64,000 nucleotides of DNA, taken from assembly GCA_030704615.1 (NCBI GenBank), contig CM060731.1, forward strand, positions 15,748,001 to 15,812,000, given 5' to 3'. The translations under genes were made by a program, and so were the position numbers. Shown here piece by piece: positions 9,883-20,745 of the stretch (within the stretch, counting starts at the first letter, position 1; every line of letters starts with the position of its first letter). This DNA comes from Takakia lepidozioides. Taxonomy: Eukaryota > Plantae > Bryophyta. The notes under the pieces were generated by a model. It had not been told where the DNA came from and did no database searches. It was given only the letters and a program-made list of their open reading frames with translations.

Positions 9883-11470
9883 CACTAGAAGAAAAACGTG
9901 GAATAACCACTGGCCCTTTAACCACTACTGTCTTTTTCCACTCTATAAACCACTAGTAACCACTTGCCAGTGGTTAATCCCAATGAAATGCCACGGTGGC
10001 ATCACAGACAGTGGTTGGAAGTGGTTTCAACCACTCAGTAGTCCACGTGTAATAATTTGTTTTTATTTATTATTATTTATTTGCTAATACATTTTAATTA
10101 ATTAAATATAATATTCCACGTGGACGAGTGCAGTGGTACATTGTGAGTGGTTATAAACACCTCAGTGATGGGAAGTGGTTGAAACCACTTGCTACTCCAC
10201 GTGTAATAATTCAAATTTTATTTGTGATTTATTATTTGGAAACATATTTTAATTCATAAATATAATATTCCACGTGGACGGGGACAGTAGCACGTTGATC
10301 TTGAGTGGTTAAAGACACATCATTGATTTGTACCACTTTGACAGTGGGTGGTGAAAGATACTGCAGTAATTAGAACCACTATGCTAGTGGTTGCTCATGA
10401 GTGGTTGCCTACACAACAGTGATTGGTACCACTTTTTGGGTGATACATGAAAAACTTTAAGTGGTTTGTGCGGCTGTGACAGACTTTGAAAAACAGACAA
10501 GTGGCCAGACCATTGTGGGATGATGCTATTGAACAAATGGTTCCAACAATAAACTTTATTCTGAATTTGAAACATATTCATCACCCTCTGAATCACTTTG
10601 CTCAACTGGAATAACGGTTGGTTGCACAAATGCCGCTTGAATGGTAGCCAACATAGCCAGGTCTTCTTTATTTAGAGTCGTGGGACCATCTAATGACCTA
10701 GGTATTGGCTGATCTGATAAGGTAGACGTCGATTGGCACTCATCACCACATGCCTATCTGTCTGCTGTGAACTGTGCCTTCTCTGTTGCATACTTTTTGT
10801 CACAAAATGGCAACAAGAATGACACATGTTAGCAATGAAGTATTGCATTACTTAGCAAAAAATACCTAGCATGAATGATACTTTGAAAACCACTGTTTCA
10901 AACCATTGGAGGAGTGAGCAGAATGACTTAAAAATGAACATGCTCTTCCAACTAGTCACTCACTCAAACATTCCGTTATTACAGCATTGGTTATAATCAG
11001 GATGAACCACTGACATTTGTGACTTTGTGGGTGGTTTGATTACACTGGTGACAGTCAGAATTGAAATTGAACTTGATATGAATAAGGTGCAATGAAAAGA
11101 AGTACTCACTGCGCCCAATGAGCCATGACATTGGTATTGTTCAGCACATACAAAATTTGTGCTGCATCTCTCCTAGCTCCAGTCATGTCCCGCTTTTTGC
11201 CGACACCTTCGAAGACCTTGTCCTCAACCCCTTCCTCCGCATTTGCATCCCAAGTCCGTTGTTGAGTTGCATCAAATGATTGCATATACTCAGTCATGAA
11301 CCCCATGGCCTCATCCAGAACATACCCTACAGCCGTACTCCCTTCTGGCTTTGCGTAATTCCTAACATTTCCTTTAAGATCTTTCATGTAACGCTCCATG
11401 GGATACATCCACCGTGAAGACACCGGATGAACAATTTTGTTTATCTCCATGGAATACATCTATGTGCTCA
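9883..11470 (-). mobile_element. CACTA (En/Spm) terminus plus a Tnp2 (DUF4218-region) fragment; second CACTA family, truncated
   Basis: Begins CACTAGAAGAAAAA at 9883; dense aaccact/agtggtt subterminal repeats; 11106-11459 reads PVSSRWMYPMERYMKDLKGNVRNYAKPEGSTAVGY; other end not seen. Confidence 0.85.
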
Positions 11471-11534
11471 CTTGTAACCACTAAAATGATTTATTTATTT
11501 TTAAATCAAAGTGCAAAAGATTAAAAAAAAAACA

Positions 11535-11737
11535 CATCGGCTGGTAAGTGCAGAGTGTGTCGCCCTGGTGGTTCAGGGTTCAAACCCGCTGCATGACTCC
11601 ATGTGTGGGATTGTTTGTGACGACGGTATGTCTGGGCGTTGATCCTCATCTCATGGCCCATAAATGAAAGGGGGTTAATTTCCCCCCCTCTTCAAGGGCA
11701 TGAGGTTTCCTTTAAAATTTATTTAAAAAATAAAAAT
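11535..11737 (+). mobile_element. tRNA-derived SINE, same family as 170-387
   Basis: ctggtaagtgcagagtgtgtcgccctggtggttcagggttcaaaccc head, shared core cccataaatgaaagggggttaatttccccc, A-rich tail. Confidence 0.75.
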
Positions 11738-12716
11738 TGCTTATAGGGTTTGTGAAAAGGTTAAAAAACTTACAAAGTTGTCCATAACATATGTACAATA
11801 TATACATACTTTCGGGAGGAAATTTCAAATGTGTGCATGTAGTGTACTAGTAAGGGCTATTCCTGCGTGTCGCGGGGTCGCGGGTTTCAAACTCCTCTCG
11901 TTGTTTTTTTCCCCCTCATGCACTAAGCCCCACTAAGCCCCACTAAGCCCTATCGTTGATGTGCACACTAAGCCCTCGTGCAGGTTGGTCTTAGCAGGTC
12001 GCGTTTCAATCTCTCCTCGCTCAGCTGCACCGTGGTGGTTCTCATGGACAATCCGACATTACCTGACTACAGACAGAAGCAGCACACACAAGAGGTCCGT
12101 TTGGGTTCATGGTCTGTCAAAATCCTTCATGGGTCATGACACAAGGTCGACGACAATGTGGTTAGGGCACCTTCTTCTTCGACCTATTTCAGCCTGTTTT
12201 GCCCTCCCATCAGACTCGGGCCCTAAATTTAATGCAGCACGGAGCAAAGCTCGCATGAGTTTTTTACAATCTTTCATGATGGTGGGACAATCGCAATCGC
12301 AAGGTGTGGCTTTTTCTTAATGTAGGATGTGAAGAAGTTTGTCCATCCTGCAAATGTGGGCTTTTGGCTCCTGTTAGTACCATGATTTGGTATTCTTCCT
12401 GATGTTTACGAGGTTCTTGGGAGAGTCAGCTTGGTCTTAGCAGGTCGTGTTTCAATCTCTGCTCGCTTAGCTGCACCATGGTGGTTATCATGGACCAATG
12501 CGATGTTTTTTTTTTTCCCTCAAGCACTAAGCCCTATCGCTGCTGCGCACTTAAGTCCTCGCTGATGTTTACAAGGTTCTTGGGGGGGCTGCTATTTCAT
12601 GAGCCATGAGCCATGAGTGGCATGAGCCATGAGCAGACTCGTAACTGCCGGAAAAATCATGAGCAGTAATTTTTTTCAGAAATGATTGTCCACAGGAATA
12701 GGGTACTTATCCGCGG

Positions 12717-14120
12717 TCATAGGATCCGCGAAAGCAATTGCGGCACCTTATTTCCACCGGGTACGTACAGTCCGATGAGAAAAGCGGCGCATGGTTTCCA
12801 TGGCACAGATGGAAACTGAAAACAGCTCCATTCATAGAGCCGCCAATCTTCATCCGTGCAAGTCCCTGTAAGGGGGGAAATCAAATATCTTGTGGAGTAT
12901 AAGCAATGAAGGGCAATGTCTGCAAACTCATTCTCATCTCCATACATAGTCTCCTGAGTGCTGAAATACTGTTCCTGTAGCATCGTCCGCAATTCCTTTG
13001 CAAGGATGCCGTGCCGCCGAAATCCAATGGACCCCATTCATAAGCAGAATTTGGCACCGCATTCCAATCCACAGTTACAAATGCCAACCGGTTTCTGTTT
13101 GGTAGTACGGTAATTATCTGGTTTCCCTTGGAGCGAAGGCCCATTGAGTTGATGCAGGTCCACATCTTCTTCAGAATTGGGACGCCACTCTTACGGGTCC
13201 ACTTGGCAATTCCCGCCTCTGTGTTTTTGCCTTTGCTGGCAAGGACCACCACACAACCTTTGTCATCCAATACCATGCAGGCTAGCCCAAACCCTTTCTT
13301 CCAAAAGTCCTCAGAAATACTTGCTCCAAGAGGGCACAATATCCAGTCCTTCCAGAGGCTCTCCATCTGGAATATCCAAAGATGATCAAATCAATGACCA
13401 GTCGGTCTGTTTTCCACGCCTCATGCAATTCTTCCCTTCACTTGTCATTGCAAAGAAATCCATCATGGCTACAAATCCTAGAGTGTCTACAGGCTCTTCT
13501 GCAGTCGCCTTCCTTAGAGCTTTGGCTTTCAGGCCTTCCATTTGCTTGATGTGTGCTAACTTGGCGGCCGGCCGGCCATCCAATGCCCTCAAAAAACTCT
13601 CATTCGCACACTGAATCACTGTTTTTGGCTCCAACTTTGGCCTGCCCTTCATTTCCACTAGCTCGCACGGGTGCCCCCCAGGGAGGTTGAAGAGTGTCTT
13701 CTTTGCTGAGCCAGTTTTCACAGCTTTCATAGTAAGAGGGGTTAGAGGGGATTTTGGCTGGCCACCAAACACCGCCATCATCCTTCAGCATTTTTTTGAA
13801 TTCCGTGTTGCGAGTGTGGTAGTGGGGACCCTAGGCTGCTAACTCTTCTGTTGTCGGGCATGCGATCCACCTTCCTCATTCTCAATGGAAACATAGAAGG
13901 CAGCAGACCCCAGTCAATAGCCTTCTTGGAATGCGAACTTCATCTTATCCACATCCCTTGCGAGAGCAAGCCTCACTATCAGGAGGGAGACCATTCGACA
14001 GAGTGGAATTCGCAGTGTGCAAGGGAAGACCTTGGTCCTAAGAACTCTGCCAATGCTGCTGTGAGTCTCCTCCAACATTTGATTCTCTGCACTCTGAAAA
14101 TCCTCTTGCGACATTTTTGG
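12717..14120 (-). pseudogene. Decayed TE gene: ParB-like N-terminal region plus a region resembling N6/N4 amino-methyltransferases
   Basis: LRIPLCRMVSLLIVRLALARDVDKMKFAFQEGY*LGSAAFYVSIENEEG; across frameshifts VIDLIILDIPDG...FWKKGFGLACMVLDDKGCVVVL, reminiscent of IDLIxxDPPYG...xLKxxGxxx; stops and frameshifts; call from motif recall only. Confidence 0.45.
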
Positions 14121-14216
14121 GGGTGGGGGAAGGGGCTGTTCAGATGGACCACCCAGAGCCGTGCCTGTATTCTTGGGAATGTAGCCGGGCAGATCATGTG
14201 GGAGAATGTAGTCAAC

Positions 14217-16760
14217 GGAAATGCGGCACCACATATCCATCCACAATGGTAAGAAGGCATGGTTCAGTGGGAACCCGGATGGAAATGCGGTGCCGCATTT
14301 CCGTCCCACTAGGTATAAAGTGATCGGTAGGTGTCAGTCCGGACAAAAATGCGGCACCGCATTTTCGTCGCCAAGTTCATCCCGCCCACCTCTTTTCCCC
14401 AAATGATGATCATCGTGCAAAGGGGGATGTGAGTCAGGACGGAAATGCAGTGCCGCATTTCCGTCTCGACTGCCATCCACCCGTGCTCTTTGAAAGTCGT
14501 TTGACGGTTTTTTTTTTTTTTCCCCTCTAGTCATTCCCGCTGGATGGTAATTGCGGCGCCGCATTTTCAACCACAGGGGGGAGGGGGAAAATAACCCCTG
14601 ATTGTTTTTCCTCTAGTCATCGCCGCTGGATTGAAATGCGGTGCCGCATTTCCATCCGAAGGGGTGAAAACAAGAAATAAAAAATTCTCAGTTTTTCTTT
14701 TTTTTCTTTTTTTTCTCTTGTCATCCCCGCTAGATGGAAATGCGGCGCCGCATTTCCAACAACAGAGGGTAGAGGGGGGGGGGGGGGGGGGTGGGAAAAG
14801 CAACCCTAACTTTATTTTTTCTTGTCATCGCCACTAAATTGAAATGCGGCGCCGCATTTCCGTCCATAGGGGTGGGGACAAAAAAAGTTTTTGTTTTTTC
14901 TTTGTTTGTTTTTTCCCCCCTCCCCCGCCCCCCTCTAGTCATCCCCATTGGATGGAAATGCGGCGCCACATTTCCAACAACAGGGGATGGAAGGGGGAAA
15001 AAAAAATAACCCTAACCGTTTTTTTCCTCTTGTCATCGCCGCTGTATTGAAATGCGGCGCCGCATTTCCGCCCATAGGGGTGGGGACAATTTATTCCCCC
15101 CCCCCCCGTCTGCCCTTAGTCATCCCCGCTGGATGGAAATGCGGCGCCGCATTTCCAACAACAGGGGATAGAAGGGGGGAAAAAAATAATCCTAACCATT
15201 TTTTTTCCTCTTGTCATCGTCGCTGGATTGAAATGCGGTGCCGCATTTCCGTCCATAGGGGTGGGGACAAAAAAAAATCCCCCCCCCCCCAGCTTTTTTA
15301 GTCATCCCCCCTAGATGGAAATGCGGTGCCGCATTTCCAACAACAAGGGGTAGAAGGGGGAAAAAAATAACCCTAACCGTTTTTCTTCCTCTTGTCATCG
15401 CCGCTGGATTGAAATGCGGCGCCACATTTCCGTCCATACGGTGGGGGGGGCCGTGGGGGGAAAAGAAAAATAAAAAGAAATAAAAAATTGTGGGTTTTTT
15501 TTTTTTTCTGGTTGTTCTCTAGTCATCCCCGCTGGATGGAATGCGGCGCCGCATTTCCAACAACAGGGGGAATAGAGAGGAAAAACAATAACCCTAACCT
15601 TTTTTTTCCTCTTGTCATCGCCGTTGGATTGAAATGCGGCGCCGCATTTGCGTCCATAGGGGTGAGGCAAAAAATAAATAAATAAATGAAGTTTGTTTTT
15701 TTGTTTTTTTTTTTGCCCTCTCTAGTCATCCCCGCAGGATCGAAATGCGATGCCGCATTTCCAACAACAGGGGGTAGAGGGGGGGAAAAAAAATAACCGT
15801 AAAATTTTTTCTTTTCTCTTCTCATCGCCGCTGGATTGAAATGCGGCGCCGCATTTCGGCCTATAGGGGGTAGAGAAAAAAAAATCCAAAAAAAAAAATT
15901 TCCTTGTTTTTTCTAGCTCTACCCGTTGGATGGAAATGCGGTGCCGCATTTCCGACCACAGGGGGTGGCGGGTAAGAAAAACCAGAACATCGTCGTTGGA
16001 TAGAAATGCGGCGCCGCATTTCCAGAAGGCAATGGGTGTATGGCAGGTGGGACGGAACACTGTCATGGAGGCAAGGGTAACTGGTAGTGGCGACTGAAAT
16101 GCGGCACCGCATTTCCATCCCACTGTTATGGAGGCAAGGGTAACTGGTAGTGGGGACGGCCGAAATGCGGCACCGCATTTGCGTCCCCACTGTTATGAAT
16201 GCAAGGTCTTCTGGTAGTCCGGACGGAAAAGCGGCACTGCGTTTCCGTCCCCACTGTAGTGAAGGCAAGGTCCAATGGCAGTCCGGACGGAAATGCAGCA
16301 TTTCCGTCCGTCCCCACTGTAATGATGGCAAGGTCCAATGGCAATCAGGACGGAAATGCGACATCGCATTTCCAACCGTCCCCACTGTCATGAAGGCAAG
16401 GTCCAATGGCAGTGCGGACGGAAATGCGGCACCGCATTTCCGTCCCCAATGTCATGAAAGAAGGGTCTCAGGGCAGTCTGGACGGAAGTGCGAAACCGAT
16501 TTTCCGTCCCTACTGTCATGAAGGCAAGGGTGTATAGTAGGTGGGACGGAAATGCTGTGCCACATTTCCGTCCTACTATTATGGAGGCAAGGGTAACTGG
16601 TAGTGGGGACTGAAATGCGGCACCGCATATCCGTCCCCATTGTCATGAAGGCAAGGTCTAATGGCAGTCCGGACGGAAATGCGGCACCGCATTTTTGTCC
16701 CCTCTGTCATGAAGGCAAGGGTATATGGCTGTCCAAACGGATATGCGGTGCGGCATTTTT
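14217..16760. repeat. Array of about 30 palindromes GGAAATGCGGCGCCGCATTTCC (up to 30 bp as GGACGGAAATGCGGCRCCGCATTTCCGTCC)
   Basis: Copies at about 14217, 14281, 14345 (64-bp spacing); about 14545-16001 (85-125 bp spacing, two alternating units); and 16161-16739 (about 64-bp period). Confidence 0.95.
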
Positions 16761-16949
16761 GTCCCATTGTCATGAAGGCACCGGTAAGTGGTAGTGGGAC
16801 GACCGTCCCACCGCAAGCTCGAATGGCAGTCCGCCCACCTCACTTCCCCAAAATCCACTGAAGGGGTACATGTTGATGGCAGCCTGGACGAAAATGCATC
16901 GTCGGAGTTCCGTCCCCTTGACGTCCACCCATACTCGCTCCTCAGTGGA

Positions 16950-17781
16950 TCAAATTCGGTGTCAGTCTGCGGCACCCCATATGAGGCAAGTGTTCTGCAA
17001 TTCAAGTGATACACGACAACATTGTGGATAGATGATAAGAAAGAACCCAGTTGGGGTTGTCCCTGCTCCTACTTTCACGGGAAGATTTGTCCATGCAAAG
17101 TTTGCGGAGGCGACGACGACCCAGTTCTGGTTCTGTAGGCATGACATTATGACTTGTGTCTATGGAAAGCCCAAGTACGGCATACAAGCAGTGCCAGAGG
17201 CTCCCCCGGTGTGGCTGGTGGAACCGGGATACAATATGAGTCAGGTTGAGGCCGACGCCCTTACTGCAGCAGAATTTTGGATGGTGCAGCGCACTGACGT
17301 TCCCAGACAACCATTTCCGGTTCCACAGCCTCCACCACCGACCCCTATGAGAGCAAGATCAAATGTATGTGACAACTCTAAGCATCCTACACACCATTGG
17401 GGAAAACCGAAGAGACGGCGACCTCCCTCAAAAGTGAACGAGACAAGGATGGGGAATGCACTTGGGATGAACTATACAATCCAGAGCTCAACATAAATGC
17501 CCCCACCAGGCTTCGGGCGTGTGTATCAGATGGCCACGGCAGGCTCAGTTGTCCGCAATGAGGTGTACACCATCACCATTTCAGAATTACCCACCTGCAA
17601 TTGCACCGACTTCCAGATCATGGCGAAGAAGGGGGCATCATACTGCCCTTGCAAACATCTGTACTACGTGTACCTAAAGAGCCTCTGGTGTAATTCCACA
17701 ACTCATCACTTCATACATGCACTAGCGTTGAGCCTCGACGAGATGTACACTCTTCTGAATATGGATCCAGGGGACCAGTGA
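16950..17781 (+). pseudogene. SWIM zinc-finger protein (TE-encoded, probably a transposase C-terminal part) with in-frame stops
   Basis: YTITISELPTCNCTDFQIMAKKGASYCPCKHLYYVY fits SWIM CxC-x(n)-CxH; ORFs 17032-17496 and 17497-17781 are in frame and separated by a single stop. Confidence 0.8.
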
Positions 17782-18719
17782 GCTTGGCTTGCGGGGCACA
17801 AGACAATGTTACGCCCATCCTTTTCGGAGTTTCAGTTATAGTAGAACTGTACTACTGCAAGTACCTCTAACTTTGGCTACAGAAAGGTTTGACTTATGTC
17901 TTGTCTACCAGTAACCTATTTTGGTCAAACTAAGATAATACTATGTCATTACCTTCTGTTTCCACGTGCCTGGATTTTTGTTTTTTTTGGGGGTTCTTGT
18001 TTTTCTGCTCTCCCAAACTTTGCTTATCTCATTCGACCCCCGGCAAGAAAATGCGGCGCCGCAGTTCCAAGTAACGTAGTAGGTACTGGTAGTTGCAGCC
18101 TTGGTCATAGTAAGATAATCGCACCGAGTCTTCAGGGCGCCGACCGTCGAGAACACTGAACCCCTCAGAATTCTCGCACGTGCGAACCGTAATGCGGCAC
18201 CGCATTTCCTAGTGGAGTGGCAAACCTTTCCCGCAGAATGCAGGAAGAAGCAAGAATTTTCAAGCACTGCAGACTGTGTTGTTGCATGGGGATCATACAA
18301 TCGTGACAGAAGGGTCAGCTTCATTCCAATGTTAGGGCATATAAAACCGCGGAATACTCTATACACGCCAATATGCAGCGTCCTTTTGTTGTGGTATACT
18401 GGATTTCTCATTGCACGGTCAGTTTTTTCCATGAGCAGATTTACAAAACCATGAGCGGAATTGTTACTCACGACATATCTTTGCCGCATTATAGGATCTG
18501 GAACTTCCAAAAACAACAATGTCAAATTAAAAACTAGCATTTTAATACTTTTTTAATCTGCCGCATTTCCAAATTTGGAGAAGTCCGCTCATGAAAACCG
18601 CGTATCTTAGACTTCGGCTCACCGCTCATGCGGCTCATGCGGCTCATGGCTCATGGCTCATGGCTCATGGTTTCTGCTCATGAAATAGTAAACCTCGTTC
18701 TTGGGAGAGTCAGCTTGGT

Positions 18720-19525
18720 CCAGGGTATGCACGGCAGGGACGTGGGATGGAGGCTTTGGAGACCTATGAGCAAATGATGGGGGAAGCACATCGTGTTGTG
18801 TGCATTTGCAATGCTTGTGCAAGCCTGGCAGCCTTGGAGAAGGGCAAGAGGTGCATGGGGATATCATCAAAGCTGGAATTGTGCCAAATGTCAATCTGAA
18901 CACTGCCCTGGCAGCTTTGGAAAAAGGGAAAGAGGTCCATGGCATCATCTTCAGAGCTGGAATTGTATCAAATGTCATTCTGAACAATACCCTGGTGAAC
19001 ATGTTTGCAAAATGTGGGTGCATCTAGGATGCAAAAGGAGTGTTTGACACTATGGCTGAACGAGATGTGGTGTTGTGGAGTGTGATGCTTGCAAGGTATA
19101 CATGGCAGGGACGTGGGATGGAGGCTTTGGAGACCTATGAGCAAATGATGGGGGAAGCACATCGTGTTTGTGTGCATTTGCAATGCTTGTGCAAGCCTGG
19201 CAGCCCTGGAGAAGGGCAAGAGGTGCATGGGGATATCATCAAAGCTGGAATTGTGCCAAATGTCAATCTGAACACTGCCCTGGCAGCTTAGGGGAAAGAG
19301 GTCCATGGCGACATCTTCAGAGTTGGAATTGTACCAGATGTCATCCTAAACAAAACCCTGGTGAACATGTTTGCAAAATGTGGGTGCATCTAGGATGCAA
19401 AGGGAGTGTTCGACATTATGGCTGAACGAGATGTGGTGTCGTGGAGTGCGATGCTTGCATGGTATGCACGGCAGGGACGTGGGATGGAGGCTTTGGAGAG
19501 CTATGAGCAAATGATGGGGGAAGGG
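18720..19525 (+). pseudogene. PLS-class PPR fragments, tandemly duplicated (about 375-bp unit twice)
   Basis: GKEVHGIIFRAGIVSNVILNNTLVNMFAKCGCI*DAKGVFDTMAERDVVLWSVMLA occurs twice; stops and frameshifts. Confidence 0.9.
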
Positions 19526-19689
19526 GGGGCACCTTCTTCAATAGCACAATGGCTACGAGTGGGTAGATGGTCAACTGGAAATAGCAAGGGCAGCAGCGCA
19601 ATTGATAGAACAAGGCCCACTGCTAATGAAGGTACCTTCTTCAACATATTTCACCCTGAATTCCCCTGCTATCAGAGTCGTCCCTAAGT

Positions 19690-19790
19690 ATCCAAAAACA
19701 GGTAACAGATATGAGAAGAAGTTGTGGGATGAATACTTTTCTGACCCCAGTAACTGGTGGGACAACCGAGGCAAAAAAGTGAATGCCTAT
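19690..19790 (+). pseudogene. OSB-type PDF motif fragment (other copies at about 21000-21100, 22800-22900 and 23060-23165)
   Basis: KKLWDEYFSDPSNWWDNRGKK; HPRGLDFKLHITYDSLWKDRYKKPTWVDGQL resembles NPRxPDFKHKxTxxALW...PxWV. Confidence 0.65.
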
Positions 19791-19849
19791 CAGATTACAG
19801 AGTGTAGCAGATGCAATTGACCATAGGAACTAGTGTGATAAGTTGAGTT

Positions 19850-20075
19850 GGGTGCAATTGCACTCTCCTTTTCCTCTCTGCTTCTGTTTGCTATTCAAAG
19901 GTAGGATTCCTGCCCTTAGTTTAAATTTCAGTCTGGTGCCGAGAGTGGGTAGACCCTTGAGGTCATCCATGATGTCCTCCCCCATGTCACAGACTGGAAA
20001 CAAGTCCAGGGAAGTTTTCTGCCTAACTTCATTTTCATCAGACAATTTTTTGGAAACGGACATGGCTTTGGACAC
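19850..20075 (-). mobile_element. LINE ORF2 C-terminal fragment
   Basis: GLPTLGTRLKFKLRAGILPLNSKQKQRGKGECNC, typical of the region before the LINE CCHC knuckle; homologous to 41030-41200 and 47160-47440. Confidence 0.6.
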
Positions 20076-20143
20076 TATAGCCTCTAAGTCAGTAGGGTTG
20101 GGGCATTTGCTGGAACAATTCTAAAAGGAGAATGTTTGTCAGA

Positions 20144-20745
20144 TTACCAGATGTCATTCTGAACACTGCCCCTGCCCTAGTGGACATGTATGCCAAATGT
20201 GGGTGCATCGAGGATGCCAAGGGAGTGTTCAACACTATGGCTGAACGAGATGTGGTGTCGTGGAGTGCGATGCTTGCGGGGTATGCACAGCAGGGTGCGG
20301 GATGGAGGCTCCAACCTATGAGCAAATGATGGGGGAAGGGGTGAAGCCCGCCGACATAAGCTTGTGTGTGTTTGCAGTGTGTCTGGCAGCCCTGGAAAAG
20401 GGCAAAGAGATCCCTGGTGACATGATCAAATCTGCAATTGTTCCAGATGTCATCCTGAACACTGCTCTGGTGGCCATGTATGCCAAATATGGTAGCATTG
20501 AGGATGCCAAGGGAGTGTTCAACACTATGGCTGAATGAGATGTGGTGTTGTGGAATGTGATGTTTGCAGGGTGTGCAGAGTAGGGGCGCTATATGGGGCT
20601 TTGGAGACCTGAAAGCAAATGATGGGGGAAGCGGTGAAGTTTGACCACATCATGTTTGTGTGCGTTTGCAGTGCGTGTGCAAGCCTGGCAGCCCTGGAAA
20701 AGGGCATCGGAGGTGCATGGTTGCATCACCAAAGCTGGAAATGTA
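20144..20745 (+). pseudogene. PLS-class PPR pseudogene fragment
   Basis: ALVDMYAKCGCIEDAKGVFNTMAERDVVSWSAMLAGYAQQG; VCVCSACASLAALEKG; stops and frameshifts. Confidence 0.9.

Larger units (their letters stand above)
12585..18696. mobile_element. Complete 6.1-kb TIR DNA transposon (Mutator/MULE-like or Zisupton-like), non-autonomous or decayed
   Basis: Imperfect TIRs GGGGCTGCTATTTCATGAGC... and ...GCTCATGAAATAGTAAACCTC with inverted CATGAGC heptamer runs; flanking duplication GTTCTTGG(G) at 12576-12584 and 18697-18705; uninterrupted site gttcttgggagagtcagcttggtc at about 12413 and 22470. Confidence 0.9.

Noticed and set aside
14790-15600. Telomere or telo-box signal (aaccctaa)
   Set aside because: Single copies per repeat unit, not tandem; too short to support a call
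14217-16760. CRISPR array (palindromic repeats at about 64-bp period)
   Set aside because: Spacers are homologous to each other rather than unique, no cas genes are present, the context is eukaryotic, and the array lies inside a TIR transposon
14221-16861. Many overlapping ORFs with GNAAPHF / KCGAAF / MRRRIS peptides
   Set aside because: Translation artefacts of the palindromic repeat in all six frames
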